From contig MQRK01236397.1 in assembly GCA_001938485.1 (NCBI GenBank), positions 1-50,416 on the forward strand: 50,416 nt of DNA, in the 5' to 3' direction. Below the pieces are notes generated by a model. The model worked only from the letters and a program-made list of their open reading frames with translations, ran no database searches and was not told the DNA's origin. Positions 1 through 12,569 of this stretch are shown in pieces. How positions within the stretch are numbered: the stretch's first letter is position 1; each line of letters opens with the position of its first letter. Made by a program: the position numbers and the translations under genes. The stretch is from Girardia tigrina. Taxonomy: Eukaryota.

Positions 1-648
1 AAGATATTTCAAGTTACTTAGATTATCCAATCCTCTGATAACACTGATTGAATTATAGTGCAAATTCACTGTCGAAATGTTCGATCTCAATCGAAAATTC
101 ACGACGTCACTTATACCGCAATCGATAAAATTCTCTTCGATAACGCTTTCCGATTCGGATTCCCAGGGCGAAAGTATTTCATTCTTACTGGTGGACAATT
201 GGTTTAAGTCCTTATTATCAAACCGCTTATTGATGCTCGTNNNNNNNNNNNNNNNNNNNNNNNNNNNNNNNNNNNNNNNNNNNNNNNNNNNNGTACTCTC
301 GAATATACCACGAACAAACCTCAACCAACTGGGCAACAACTTCACTGCACGGTTCATTATGAGGACTTTACAACTGTACAGAGAGACTCCGAAAGCATTT
401 CCGCTCTTTCGCGAGATTTCATACAGAATCTGCTCAAGATTCGTAACGAATAAAATTGTTTCAATATCGTTTAACTATTAATATCGTTTAATTATTATCA
501 TTTATTTTATTATAAATAAATAAATATACTATATAAATTTTATTAAATATTAAATAACACTTATTATAAATATGATTATTAAAATTATTATTACGACATT
601 TACAATTATATATATTACAAATATAAGGATCCTGAATATTATTACCTT

Positions 649-1262
649 TTAATGTATGGCCACAATCATCTCCTGACCTGACAGAGCCTCGAAGTTTGAC
701 GCCTTCTCTGTATCACATCCCGTCGATCGTGTTTCATCAGTTTCGTCAATTCCAGTCATTGGATGTCGATATTGATTTTCTCGTCGGTTATACTGGATCT
801 TGTTTTGGTGACTGGGTTGTATTGTTTCGTCTGTCTTGAAGCATTGATATCCGAGGTGACCTTGAGCTCCACACACTGAACATTTTAAATATGGACACTC
901 TCTTCTAACGTGTCCAGACCCTCTACATCCAAAACAACTTTTTGCATCCATAACACATTACATTTGAATAATCCATGCTTCATGTTTGTTGTCTTGAATA
1001 TCCCGTCATTGGTTTGAATATTTCTTCGTTGATGTTGTTGTTGAAAATTATTTGTGAATACCGTTCGTTCTTTCAATGTATCGGCATATATTTTTCGTCT
1101 GTAGATATTGGCAACTTCAAATGCTTGGATTTCTGTTTTAATAATATCCATCTTCTCTATAACTGCTTTGATTGAATCTTGAGATTTAACTTCTTGAAGA
1201 TAAATTTGAGTTTTGACACTGGCATCTTCTACACAGCTACGGTTTATTCCATGATAATAATC
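649..1262 (-). mobile_element. LTR-retrotransposon gag remnant with two CCHC zinc knuckles
   Basis: CFGCRGSGHVRREC and CSVCGAQGHLGYQC (two CX2CX4HX4C) in ORF 649-951. The helical gag-like ORF 885-1286 precedes it in another frame (frameshift). Confidence 0.75.
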
Positions 1263-1993
1263 TGGAAAATAAAATGTTCTCTGCAATGGAACATTAAATG
1301 ATCACTAAAAATTCATAAAGACAGGAAACAGAAACAAAATTAAATTTTTTTTCAGTGTAATTTAATACAGCATTTATAAAGTTTATCGGATAGACGAGGT
1401 TCAGGATGTTAAGATAATGCAATGGAATAACACGGCTTAAGTAACGATTGTGTTCGAGACACACCGATATTAATCTTATCCGTAACAGTACAGGATTATA
1501 ATCATATCCTAAAATATTTTCTTTAGGTTTCTTGAATATTCTACTCCAGCGAATTAAAATTGTTTAAGCAAAGCTACAAACTATATATTTGTAATTAACT
1601 GTTAAGTTCATTCAGACACTAAATTAAGTTATGCAGTCTTATAGCATAATCTCGTGCTACATGTTCCTTATCAGTCATATAATGTAAAAAACAATTAATT
1701 ATTCAAACATACAATATCAATTACAAATTTCATTCATTAGACAAATCTAAAATATCATTTCAATATTTTTATTTTAGCTAATACATTACAAAAAATGCAA
1801 TTTTAAATTACTATAAATTACTACATATAAAATTCTTCATAAAAAAATTACAGAAATTCAAAAATCATACAAGATTGCTTACTATAAAAAAGCTAACATT
1901 AACGTTAAAGTTTATTCTTATTACCATCAAATACAATGTTAACAATAAAAATGCAGCTTTACAACAATATAAATAACATAAAGTAACATTTTA

Positions 1994-4900
1994 TTACAAA
2001 TAGAAGAGCCTATCATTCATTAAATTGCTCGGCTCAGCTTTCAAATTTTGGCCTACCATGTATGCTAATTTATGCGCATACATACATGGAGCTGGAACTC
2101 GGACAGTTCCCGGCCAGTTGTAATATATATGGCAAGTTTTATAAGCCATTAATTGCACCTGATGAGGAGTATACTTCGAATTGTCATAAAGAATAACATA
2201 ATGTGTCGGAGTAACTGTTCCTTGTCGAACAGACTGAGATACAAGAAAGAAATCGTACAGATTTGCACGTGTCACTGTGTGATCGACAACTGTTCCAGGG
2301 TTTGGATTGCTCACTTGTCCCTTGATTTTCGGATCGCTGACATAAAGTCGTGTATTAATTCTTTTTTGAACAACATTGTAAACCATATTTGGTTTATAAT
2401 CAGCACTAAAAGATTCAAATGCTTTCAGGAATTGTTCAATCTCAGTCTTTTGAACCAATCCCAATTGACCATCACTAACACCATCACGATACATGAAGAT
2501 TGTGTCAGGAAGGAAGTTATTCTCCTCAAAATATGCCTTCAAAAGACTGATCATGCATGATTGTAATACATCGACAATCTCCTGATGGGGTCGTTGAAAC
2601 GCTGATTTCGAGAACCATCGCGTACAGAGAGCATTTGTAGACCCAACAACAGCTCCAACACTTTTACCCCCGCCTTTTGATCGACCTCGAAGCGGCGAAT
2701 CATGCCAAACATCCAAACCGACGGCCATAAATTTTTTTATCGGAATTTTCACTGCCCACAATTCTCCACCCAGTTTAGCATTGATTTGAAGAGCAATGTT
2801 TACTGCAACACTGTTCAATTTTGGTCCTTCTTTTAACGTTTGACCTAACACAACTTGACTCGGTACTGGACTGTCCACATAGCAAAACTTCTTGATAGCG
2901 TTATATCGATCCTCCCGAACAGCAGAAAGAATAGTAACTACTAATTGAACCCCCGAAGTAACATTGCGCTTCAGTTCTTTCAAATATTCCTCTGTTCGAT
3001 CATTATTCATTTCTATGAGTTTCGGATTCTTGAACATTACACCTACTCGAGGAGCTTTTGTCATCAGAGCTTGTAGTAAAGCTTGAGCTTTGGTTGCCAA
3101 ACTTTTCGGAGCAATTAGAACCCAATTTTCAATTCGAATTCCGCCAATTACTTTATTGTGAGCCAACGCTTGCTTAAACTCTGCGTTATCTCCGGCACTG
3201 ACCGATGATTCATTGCCGAAATAAATCATCTCCGGATTCATTTTACAGGCATTAATGTTGACTGTATCTCGTTCAATAGAAATACCCCAATAACCTAGCA
3301 ATTTATTCGCTTCTTCGCAGTTATAAATGTTATCAACAAATTCCAGAAGTGCTTCATGTCTCTTTTTTGGGGTAACTCGACAATGTTCATGTAACTCACG
3401 CATTAAACGGAAATCTTTGATCATTTCATCGGTGAGTCCAGTTAACATACACAATTCTGGAATTAGGTACACCATATTATCTTCAGGTTGTTTTGACACC
3501 GATCCTTTAGGTACCCTTGGAGCTTTGCTTTTCGTTTTGCTGACTATCATCGGTTGTTCAAGATCGCGAATTTGTAAGCCATACGTATTTCTACACAAAA
3601 TCAAATTTTAATTAATGTTATTTATTTTAGTAATCGTACTTGAAATAATCTCGATAGCTGATTTTCTCACCTCCTTTATCGAATTCACTCATGCAATTCT
3701 TATTCCAATCAATATCTGTTATTCTATAATTTCGATTATTGTGTGGTGTCAAAACAATTTGGCCAAGCAATTGATTGATACACTCCGTTTGCATTTGACC
3801 TTTATTAGTGGCGGATTTATTAATTTCCATCATTATGTCATATACACTATCATTTCGTATGACCTTGTGTGACACATCACATTGTAGCAACAAGCCGCCA
3901 TCAAAATTCTGAATACTGGTGACATAACCTGGCCAGATCTCCATCCTGAAATCAATTTAAGTTTTAAAATATTTTTGATGCAAAATATTAATTTTTATTG
4001 TATATGAATATTCTAATACATTTTATAGAAAAGATGATTAAATAATAAATAAATCTCTAATAAAAACAGATGTAACCGTAACGAGGTATATTTTTAAATT
4101 ATACAAAAAAATAACAATGTATGTTTATTAAGCCCTTTACCATGGAAAAACTTTTTTTAGGAAACTGTGTAATTGTTTTCTTTCATTATTTGATTTATGC
4201 TGTCCTGACAAAATAAATCATCATTGTGAGTGAAAAATAGTTGACATTTTGAATTTATGAGGTAAATATAAAGGCAATTTTTGGTATTTTTTCAAATTAA
4301 GCCCAAGATTTAATATGACGAGTTAACTCGTGACACACGGTAAAGGGGTTAACAAAATTTTAGTTAAAATATTTTAATGACATTTGTTGTTTTGAAAAGA
4401 TTTGATTAAACAGTATTGGTTGTAAAATAATTCCTCTTAGTGACAATAAAAAGAAACCTTTAAAAATTAATGCACCTATTCGCAGTCAGAAATTCCACCT
4501 AGGCATTTACTTCATACATAAAATGTTATGATTTTCATATCGATTTCGATTTAATTTATCAATGAAAATTTGTCTAGTTAATTAATTTATAACTTTTTAC
4601 TCATTTAAAAATTTTGTAATTATTAAAGATTATAATTTATTAACGCGACGAATGTCATAAAAATGTCCTAAATACTTAAGGATCTTACAAATGATGTATC
4701 TGTATGTACTGAGCTTGTGTTTAGATTTTTTCTACTCATATAAAATAATATACATTTCATTGCAAAGTACCTATTAGAATGAACCCCACATGCCTTAAAA
4801 TTAGTTACATTATGCGTTTAAACTTATGTACATATTTCAATCCAGGAATCTAATCAAAAGTTTTTGTGACATTTCTGAATAGAGAACGGAACATTATGAT

Positions 4901-6072
4901 CACAAATCAAAATTCATATAATCGAAAAGCAATAGCTTTAATTAAACCAACCTTCGTCGATCAAGAACAATTTTCTTTTCCGGATAGAAGTAATCTCTAC
5001 CGATTTTCACCATTCTTAGTGAATTCTCAATCCGCTTAAACAACACATTGTAAACCATTGGACATTCACTGAAATTCACATTATTCGTGAACACAATTTT
5101 GATATCGACCGGAGTCTTATCGGTCGGTTTCGTTCCTTTAATAATCTTCAAAAATAAGAATTATTAAACTTATTTAGTATCAACAAAAATCCACATACAT
5201 TTTCTTTACTTTTCAACAATTGCGGAATATAGAGATTCATTCCATCGAACGCTCGTGCTTCTTTGACGACTCCCAATTCAGCTTCAGTGAGATTTTGAAT
5301 AATTTTAATTCTCATCAATCGTGAATCAATCGGTGGAGCAAACGACACGTGATATTGATAGATATGCGGTTGAGTAGTTCTCACTTTCACGTAATTGGCG
5401 CTTAAACTCAAACCCGGTGATATCTCGTTCCTCGTGGCAGCCGGCTCCTTGATAGGTACCGGATGCTCTCGTCGTCGGAATCGTGGCTTCTCGCTGTTCT
5501 CGAATTTCGATTTATCGTCCGACGATGAAATCGTCATTTTATCGTCGCCGGAAATTTTCATTTCTTTCATTTCATTTGAAATCTGAAAAAGAATTAAAAT
5601 AAATTCAAATTAATCGATTTTTTTTAATTTTCCAGACTTCAGATGGGGTGGAAATGGAGCATTCTCTGTGGGAACTGAGAAGACCGCGACCGCGTCCGAT
5701 AACTTTTTTCGGTTGTCCGGGTTCTTCTGATTCGATAATTTTGTCCGATTGTCCCGAAGACGTCGTCAAACTCGACGGATTACTCAAACCTCGGCCTCTT
5801 CCGATACAAGACAGGGGACGCTTAACGATACTGACGTTCTTGTTTTCGATATCACTGTCTTGTAATTTTGGATTGCTACGAGAATCACCGCTGGAAATCG
5901 AACTCGATTCTGTCGTTTTTTCGGCCGAAGAACCCGGTGGTGGAATGCCCAATTTGTTTAATGCTTTATCTTCCAGTGATTCCACAGAAGGAACTGGGAC
6001 GTCTTTGTTTAGAAATTTCTGCATCAAGAGGCCGCGACTGCGACCTCTACCGATCCCGCTACTGCCAGACAT
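1994..6072 (-). CDS. piwi: PIWI-clade Argonaute, planarian SMEDWI-3/PiwiC-like (5 exons, ~971 aa)
   Basis: Exons 6072-5638, 5582-5199, 5145-4952, 3945-3640 and 3590-1994 join by GT-AG introns (55, 53, 1006, 49 bp) into one 2916-nt ORF. The N-terminus has three GRGR motifs. PAZ: VLTPHNNRNYRITDIDW, YLIPELC. MID: RYNAIKK, PSQVV, QINAKLGG. PIWI tetrad: GLDVWH / QE / YRDGV / YAHKLA. It ends RLFYL. The paralog assignment rests on recalled N-terminal style and length. Confidence 0.96.
4132..4348. mobile_element. TTAA-flanked (piggyBac-like) MITE in piwi intron 3
   Basis: TTAA|GCCCTTTACCATG ... CACGGTAAAGGGG|TTAA, i.e. short TIRs with TTAA on both sides. Confidence 0.65.
4675..4895 (+). repeat. Dispersed ~220-bp repeat, copy 1
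   Basis: Colinear with 40492-40715; shared blocks GGATCTTACAAAT, ATTTCATTGC, AGAATGA, ATCCAGGAATCTAA, GAGAACGGA. Confidence 0.75.
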
Positions 6073-7104
6073 GATAAGTAATAGAATCAATAAATATCAA
6101 TGGCCGTCTGTTATTTAAACAAAATTATTTTATTATTAATAGTGCACTTTTTAGTTAATATTATTCAATTTAAAAAATAATGAATTTGTATTTTAATTTT
6201 TTTTTAAAATCATTAAAACTTTATTTACATTATTTTAATTTGAGAATTTATCAATGGAGAGGCATACTAAAGTATATTTTATTACATAATGAAAATTGCT
6301 TTAAGATAGCATCGACAAAAAGTGATTATAAATAGTAATGTCAAGAATTGGTAATTTAAATTTGCATCTTAGATAAACTGAGATGTCGAGTTTTTACTCT
6401 ATTAAGTAGTGTCTTTAAAAATTATCAATAATGTTAAAAAATAAGAACAAGTTTTTTATTTTTTTTATTTTCAAACAGTACTATAACCTGTTTTTTTAAA
6501 GATTTCAGCTAAAACTTTCTTACTTTTTAAATACTCTAAATTTAGAAATTCTATGCTAGTAATTTTTAGTTTAAATCTACTCTTAATAATTAATATCAAT
6601 GTTAAAGAATTGATTAATAACATAAAGATTGCTTTTCAATTAAAAATTAGAATTTCAAATTTTCGAATTATAATTTACACAAAGTATAATAATGTTGAGG
6701 ATCATTACATCAGTCCTAGAATGAAGGGAATGTATGAAAGAGCATGTATAAATGTTTTAAAAATTATTTTTATTTTTTTACCCTTTTGAATAAACTAAAT
6801 ATGTCGAAAATTTAAAGTTAATATTGTTTTGAAAAAATGTCAATAATTGTAAAAACAGATATCAAAAAGTACTTTAGAAGTTCATTGTTTTATACACCAT
6901 TTAATTGAAATTCAATAAATAAAAAATGTAATTACTTTTCGTTAATAGTTTTTAAAATAATAAACATTATATTTCATTTTCTTAAATTGTATCGCAAAAG
7001 ATAGTTTTTTATTTAAATTATAAAATTTTAGTAAATTGTTTTTGAAATAATAAAATTTGTGTTTCGTTTTCGTACATTTTATGGATTAAGTAAAATTTAA
7101 ACCC

Positions 7105-7260
7105 CAAGGGACCTACTTTTTACTTGTATAATTTTTGGGAACTCCTTTTTTACAAGTGTAATTTTGTGGGGCATACTTTTTTTGTAATTTCTGGAGATTT
7201 ACTTTTTATCCGAGTATTTTTTATGGGATTACCTTTTATTTATATAATTTTAAAATGTTT
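7105..7260. repeat. Degenerate ~30-bp minisatellite
   Basis: About 5 recurrences of a GG(G)A..(T)ACTTTT....TAATTTT-like unit. Confidence 0.5.
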
Positions 7261-8939
7261 ATTTTTTTATTCTTGTTATTTTTGTTGAGTTCTAGTTGTG
7301 TTTTATGAAAAAATTAATAAGAAAACGATGATTTTATAAAAAATTTTTTATATATTTACAGTTTACAAGTAATAATATTCTATAAGTGAGTAATATTTTA
7401 TTGACCCCTGGCCGATTTTATACTTAGGAACCGAGAGCCTTAGGGACAACTCGGGTTGATTAAATATTTAAAAGTTCAGTACACACTTTACAGTGTGTTA
7501 TTATATAAAAATATACTAATTTAAAATTAAAATTTATCTTCAAGGATTACTTTTATAATTTTTCAGTCTTGTTTTAGTTCTCTCATTTAAGGTACGCACT
7601 ATTTCAGTGTGACGATCTTATTCTGAATCTTCCACAATTTGACTCGATTTAAATATAATTTGACAGATAATTTATGCGACATCTAAACTAAGCTACTTGT
7701 AAATAACTTCTCGTTTTTCTTTTTACTCTTTTAAAATAAATTTTCTAGTCTCTCTTTGAACTTAAACTCTGAATAATGACCTTTTTATATAATTTTTTAG
7801 GTACTTTCTTTTTTAAATTAATTGTATTTATTATTTTTATTCTTTTGTTGATTATTTCATCTTATTTAATCTAAATTTACTTTTCTTTTTTTATTTAAAC
7901 TTTTCTATTTTCTTTATTTATTTATATAAAAAAATATAATTTTATCTTTTTTATCATAAATATTGCATCTATGAAAAATATAATTGTTTACTAATATTTA
8001 TTAATTTAAACAAATATATAATAAGTTATAAATTTTAAAATATTACCTCAACATTTTTTTACTTGTGTAACGGTTATTTTGCTTGAGTAACAGTTACAAA
8101 AAGAAACTTTAGAGTCACATTTAAGTAGCATATTAAAGGCAAAAGATAGATCCATTTGATTGAATATGTCGAAATCCGTTGTTTCTTCAATCCATGTTTC
8201 GGATCTTGATCCTATCCGTCGAAAAAAGCAACTTTCGGCGCAAAATTGTCCTGCGCTGATTGAGGAAGATTTGCGCAAATTCTTCTTCTTTCTTCTGTTG
8301 GGGTATCGAGGTGATATTTAAATTAAAACGAAAAATCAAAAAAAAGAAGTTCTTTTAATAAAATATTTATTGAAGATCAAAATATTTACACAGATTTTGA
8401 AAATAACTTAACCTTATTTATTAGAATTTATAGCTTGGGTAGAAAAGAGAAACGAAATTCGCTTACTCCTAGGTTATTTTAAATATATATAGTATAAAAA
8501 TAACAATATTACCCTCGATTTATGGTGAGAGATATTACCGTTAGTTTTACTTATGAATGAAATTATAGTTTAATATGAACCGAGAAAAAACCGATTTACA
8601 GCGATGTGTTTAATCGGAACAATAAAAACTTACAGTAAAAATACAATGTAGATAAATATTGGTAATGATAATGATAACTTATTCGTGTACAAATAGTATC
8701 ATCATCTGGGACTGGATTTAAGTTGAAATGAAACAGATTGAATGTCTTTTATAACTGGGATTGTCAAATTATAATTATTATCATGAAATTTTCAGTCGCT
8801 TGGTAAGTAGAGTATTATTGTATATTTTGTACTCAAATTCGAATTTTTTATTGATTAATTTTTAATTTTATATTATGACTTTTATAATAATTCTTTAACG
8901 CAATAATTATTATCTCTTCTTAATTTCGTAACTTTATAT

Positions 8940-9175
8940 CGGTAACCAGACAATTTGACACAAGGCAATTCGACACACGTACAATTCGACACAATTTTTT
9001 CAATTCGACATATTTTTCATTCAATTCGACATATTTTTTAATGGGACAAATATTTTATTTCGACACTTAAATTTCGATTAGTTTTTTTTAATTCAACACT
9101 TATTTTTAATTCGACCAATAATTAAAATGAAATATTTTCATTATTACTACACATTTTTTGAAACTCGACATTTTC
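8940..9175 (+). mobile_element. DNA-transposon (MULE-like) terminus with subterminal AATTCGACA repeats
   Basis: Begins CGGTAACCAGACAATT, a 15/16 match to the reverse complement of the MULE end at 19306-19321. About 8 copies of (A)ATTCGACA follow. Confidence 0.6.
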
Positions 9176-9297
9176 AATAACTATATTTTTAGTTCAATTC
9201 AATGACAAAATATCAATTTCATATGAAAAAAATCAATTTTTATGAAAAAATATGTATTTAATATAAAAATATCAATTTAATATGAACTAATGTTTTC

Positions 9298-9877
9298 ATG
9301 ATCCCTCAGAGTTCAATATCCATACACAATAACTTGTTCTGAACCATCCTTCGGTCTCTGACTTAATACACGTCCAATTGCTGAAAAACTGGCATCTGTA
9401 TCCAGAATAATTTCACGATCCATATCTGGAAAACATAATACTGGAGTTGTTTTAGTTTTTTGAAACTGGTTTCGCATTCATCCGACCAACAATATTCATC
9501 CTTTGAGGAGCAAGCCGCATATAACGGACTTGCAATCTGAGCAAAGTTCTTTATAAACCGCCTGCAATAGTTGGCGAAACCGAGAAACGATCGTAATTGA
9601 GTTACACACTCCGGTATTGGTGCCTGAATAATTGATTTAATATTTTCCTTGTTTGTCTCAATGCCTTGTTTGCTTACGACATGTCCTAAGAATTGAACTT
9701 CTGTTTCTTTTACCTTACAATTGTTTTGGATTTATCTTTAGACCTGCATCACATATTCGTCTAAAAACTTCTTCAAGTCTGTTGTCGTGTTCTAGTTCTG
9801 ATGTTCCATAGACTAGTATATCATCCAAGTATACTAATACACCTTTATAAACCATATCACGAAAAATCTCATGCATA
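9298..9877 (-). mobile_element. Ty3/gypsy pol fragment (RT C-half + RNase H N-part), disrupted
   Basis: Minus-strand translation gives VLVYLDDILVYG, QFLGHVVSKQGI, LRSFLGFANYCRRFIKNFAQIASPL, TPVLCFPD and ILDTDASFSAIG, with stops and frameshifts. Confidence 0.93.
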
Positions 9878-9896
9878 AATGAGATTGATGATGTAA

Positions 9897-12190
9897 TTAG
9901 ACATAATTACTGGGTACTCCCCATTGATTCCTTTTTTCAATGTTCCTGTATTCATTATCATCAATCTTTTCTATATCTGGATTAATTGGTTTCATTTCTT
10001 TAAATTTAATAAATGGATAGGAAGGAAGAGGTGTTAAATTCGCAGATGGATAGTATAAATTTTGATCCAAAGTTTCTTGATTTCTCAAAATTTGAATTTG
10101 ATTTTCATATGTCGTCCAGTCATTTTTGGATACACCTGTTGGTTGAGCTTGATCTATACTTGTTATTTCGTTTCCATTATCATCTTCATTTCTTCTTCCA
10201 TCACTCGTTGTACTTGGATCACTAAATGAATCATCTGAATTTGACTCAAATTGTACCTTTTTATTTTTTCCTTTCCGATTTCGACGACTTTTATATTTTT
10301 TACACTGTTTAACTGTTGTTTTTAATGAGTTAATTTCTTTACTATGGTTATGGATAATTAAAAATTTTGCTAAAGTGGGTATACATCCAACGATCAATTG
10401 CCAAGATACACCAACCATTGTATACAATCTATAAGTCGACAGAACGTGTGTTAAGACAACTTTTAACAAAACGTATATCACATAAACACCAATAAAGCCT
10501 GCATATGCCTGACCAAAGAAAACAAATTTTCCCCAAATCTTTTTTAGAGTATTACATGCTGCTTTTTTATAATGATCAACACTTAAAAATTATCATAATT
10601 AACCTGACCAACACCTCCTGGTAGGACAGTCTCAACAATTTCTGTTATAACTCTTTCTCGTTTTGAAGGAAACAGTAAATTTCTTCGAGCATCCTCCACT
10701 TCTTCAGGCAAATAAATACCTGTTGTAGACATTTGATCCAAAGATGTAAAGTTTATAAGATAATCCAATTTTGTCAATTCCAATTTTTCGACATTTTTTA
10801 CATCTTTATTGTTTGGTAACGAAATCCACGTGTCAGGAGTCACTCGATATAATGGGGCTGTAATATCATTGCAATGTAGTAATACTGGTTTAGTACCATT
10901 TTCAGTTAAAACTCTTGTTATAGGTTCCACATACCTTAATTGTCCCTGATAATTCACTGGGAGTTCGTTAGTATACTGATTGAGCTTAATTAGTTGAACG
11001 GAAACTTCTTTACATTTATAAGTATATAGGACTTCTCCCATCACTCTACCGAATACCCCATTTTCTGAAACTAGCATTGGTGTTACTAGGCTTGGATTTG
11101 TGAAAACTAAACCTATCCGGTTTTTCAAAATTTCCATATTTAGCTTACAATCATTCAATATTACTTCTCGATAAATATTCTCAATGGTAAATTGGTTAAA
11201 ATGAAATGCAAAATCAATTTTATTACTTTGATATTGTGATAATTTCACATCAGCGTTATGTACAATTCCAGCATCTGGAAGTTTTTTCTTTGGAAACATA
11301 TAAACCTTTATAATTCGTAGTGTAAATCATTTTTCCACAAAACTTCTGTTTATCTTTCCTAATAAATCTCATTCCATCGGATGTAAGCGAGGACATTAAA
11401 ACAGTTGCTAATTTCTTTTGAATTATTGGATATGCCTTTCGAGTTTGGTACTTTTTTGGCTTTAAAATATCCGGTCTTTCTCTAATTTGCATTCCCTGAG
11501 CTTCAATAAAGTCTGCTGATTTCAAAAATGCCAAATTGCACTCTTTGTAATTAACATTATACAATAAAACTGACTCTCCAGTCTGACAATTTGTTTCTCT
11601 AAAGTTGCAAAATGGATGTGATTTTCCCGTTGCATCGTCAAATATTCCATCAAATGTTCTTAATTCTGTTTGATACTTTTCCGAAATCATAATTTTTTGT
11701 ATAATTTTTCCTCCCAATTTTACAGGTTCACCTTCACAATCACCATTTACATCTATAACTCCCTTTCTAACAACTGATTCTCTCATAATTGCTCCTTCTT
11801 TAGCTGCGAGTTTTAAAGTTTCATCAATTTTTAATTCTTTCGTTTGAAATGCAGCTTCACAATTTTCAGGTAATATCTTCACAGGTCTGGGAATTGCATT
11901 TATCTTGATAATAGAAGTATGACTCCATTTTCCACAATGATAAATATAAGTTGCTCTTTTTACAATACATTCCCTTACTTTAGCTCTACGAAATCCAGAT
12001 TCCTGATATAGATGATACAAAACATTTGTTTTTTCTTGAATATGTAATTGGTAAGCTTCTGAACATTCTGCTATATCTAGAAGAGAATAAATTTTACCGA
12101 CTTCAGCCTGAGAACAATCATACGCTACAAAAGCTTGTGTTTGATTCATTCCAAGAATAATAAATAATATTAAAGTAAACCACCATAATT
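9897..12190 (-). pseudogene. Chuvirus-like class III envelope glycoprotein (env), near full length, 2 frameshifts
   Basis: Signal peptide LWWFTLILFIILGMNQTQA, then FVAYDC..YSLLDIAEC, ECIVKRATYIYHCGKWSH, GEVLYTYKCKEVSV, NELPVNY..YVEPITRVL..GT, and a C-terminal WGKFVFFGQAYAGFIGVYVIYVLLKVVL..YRLY TM region. ORFs 11256-12599, 10583-11299 and 9897-10481 join through frameshifts at an A-run (~11285) and a T-run (~10587). Confidence 0.85.
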
Positions 12191-12569
12191 TTGAAGTTTT
12201 TTCTTTATTAAATACATGTTTTGTCTTATCATTATTAATATTATCAATACTTTTCATAGCTTTTTGTAAAAATGATTTATCTATTCTTGGAGTCAATGAT
12301 TCTTGGATTTCACAAATACTTTCTATTTTCATGTTATTAACAATTTTCTCATTATCAATACTCTCCAGAGGTACTTCTGGTTCACATTTTATTTCATTTT
12401 CGGTGATCATTGGTATAATTTCGTTAGTATTCCTCATAACATTATTATCCATAAAATTTTTATCATAATCATTAATATATTCTCCCAAGAAAATCACTTG
12501 AATTTGATTTATTTCACCATCTAAAATACCATAATCATAAACGTAATCCTCATCTTCTTGTGTTCGAAA

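Noticed and set aside
2158-2185. Hammerhead-like core CTGATGA-GGAG-tata-CTTC-GAAT
   Set aside because: It has GAAT rather than GAAA, no stems I/III are evident, and it lies antisense within piwi coding sequence; a chance match.
2153-6118. Plus-strand ORFs overlapping piwi exons
   Set aside because: Antisense shadows of coding sequence with no independent motifs.
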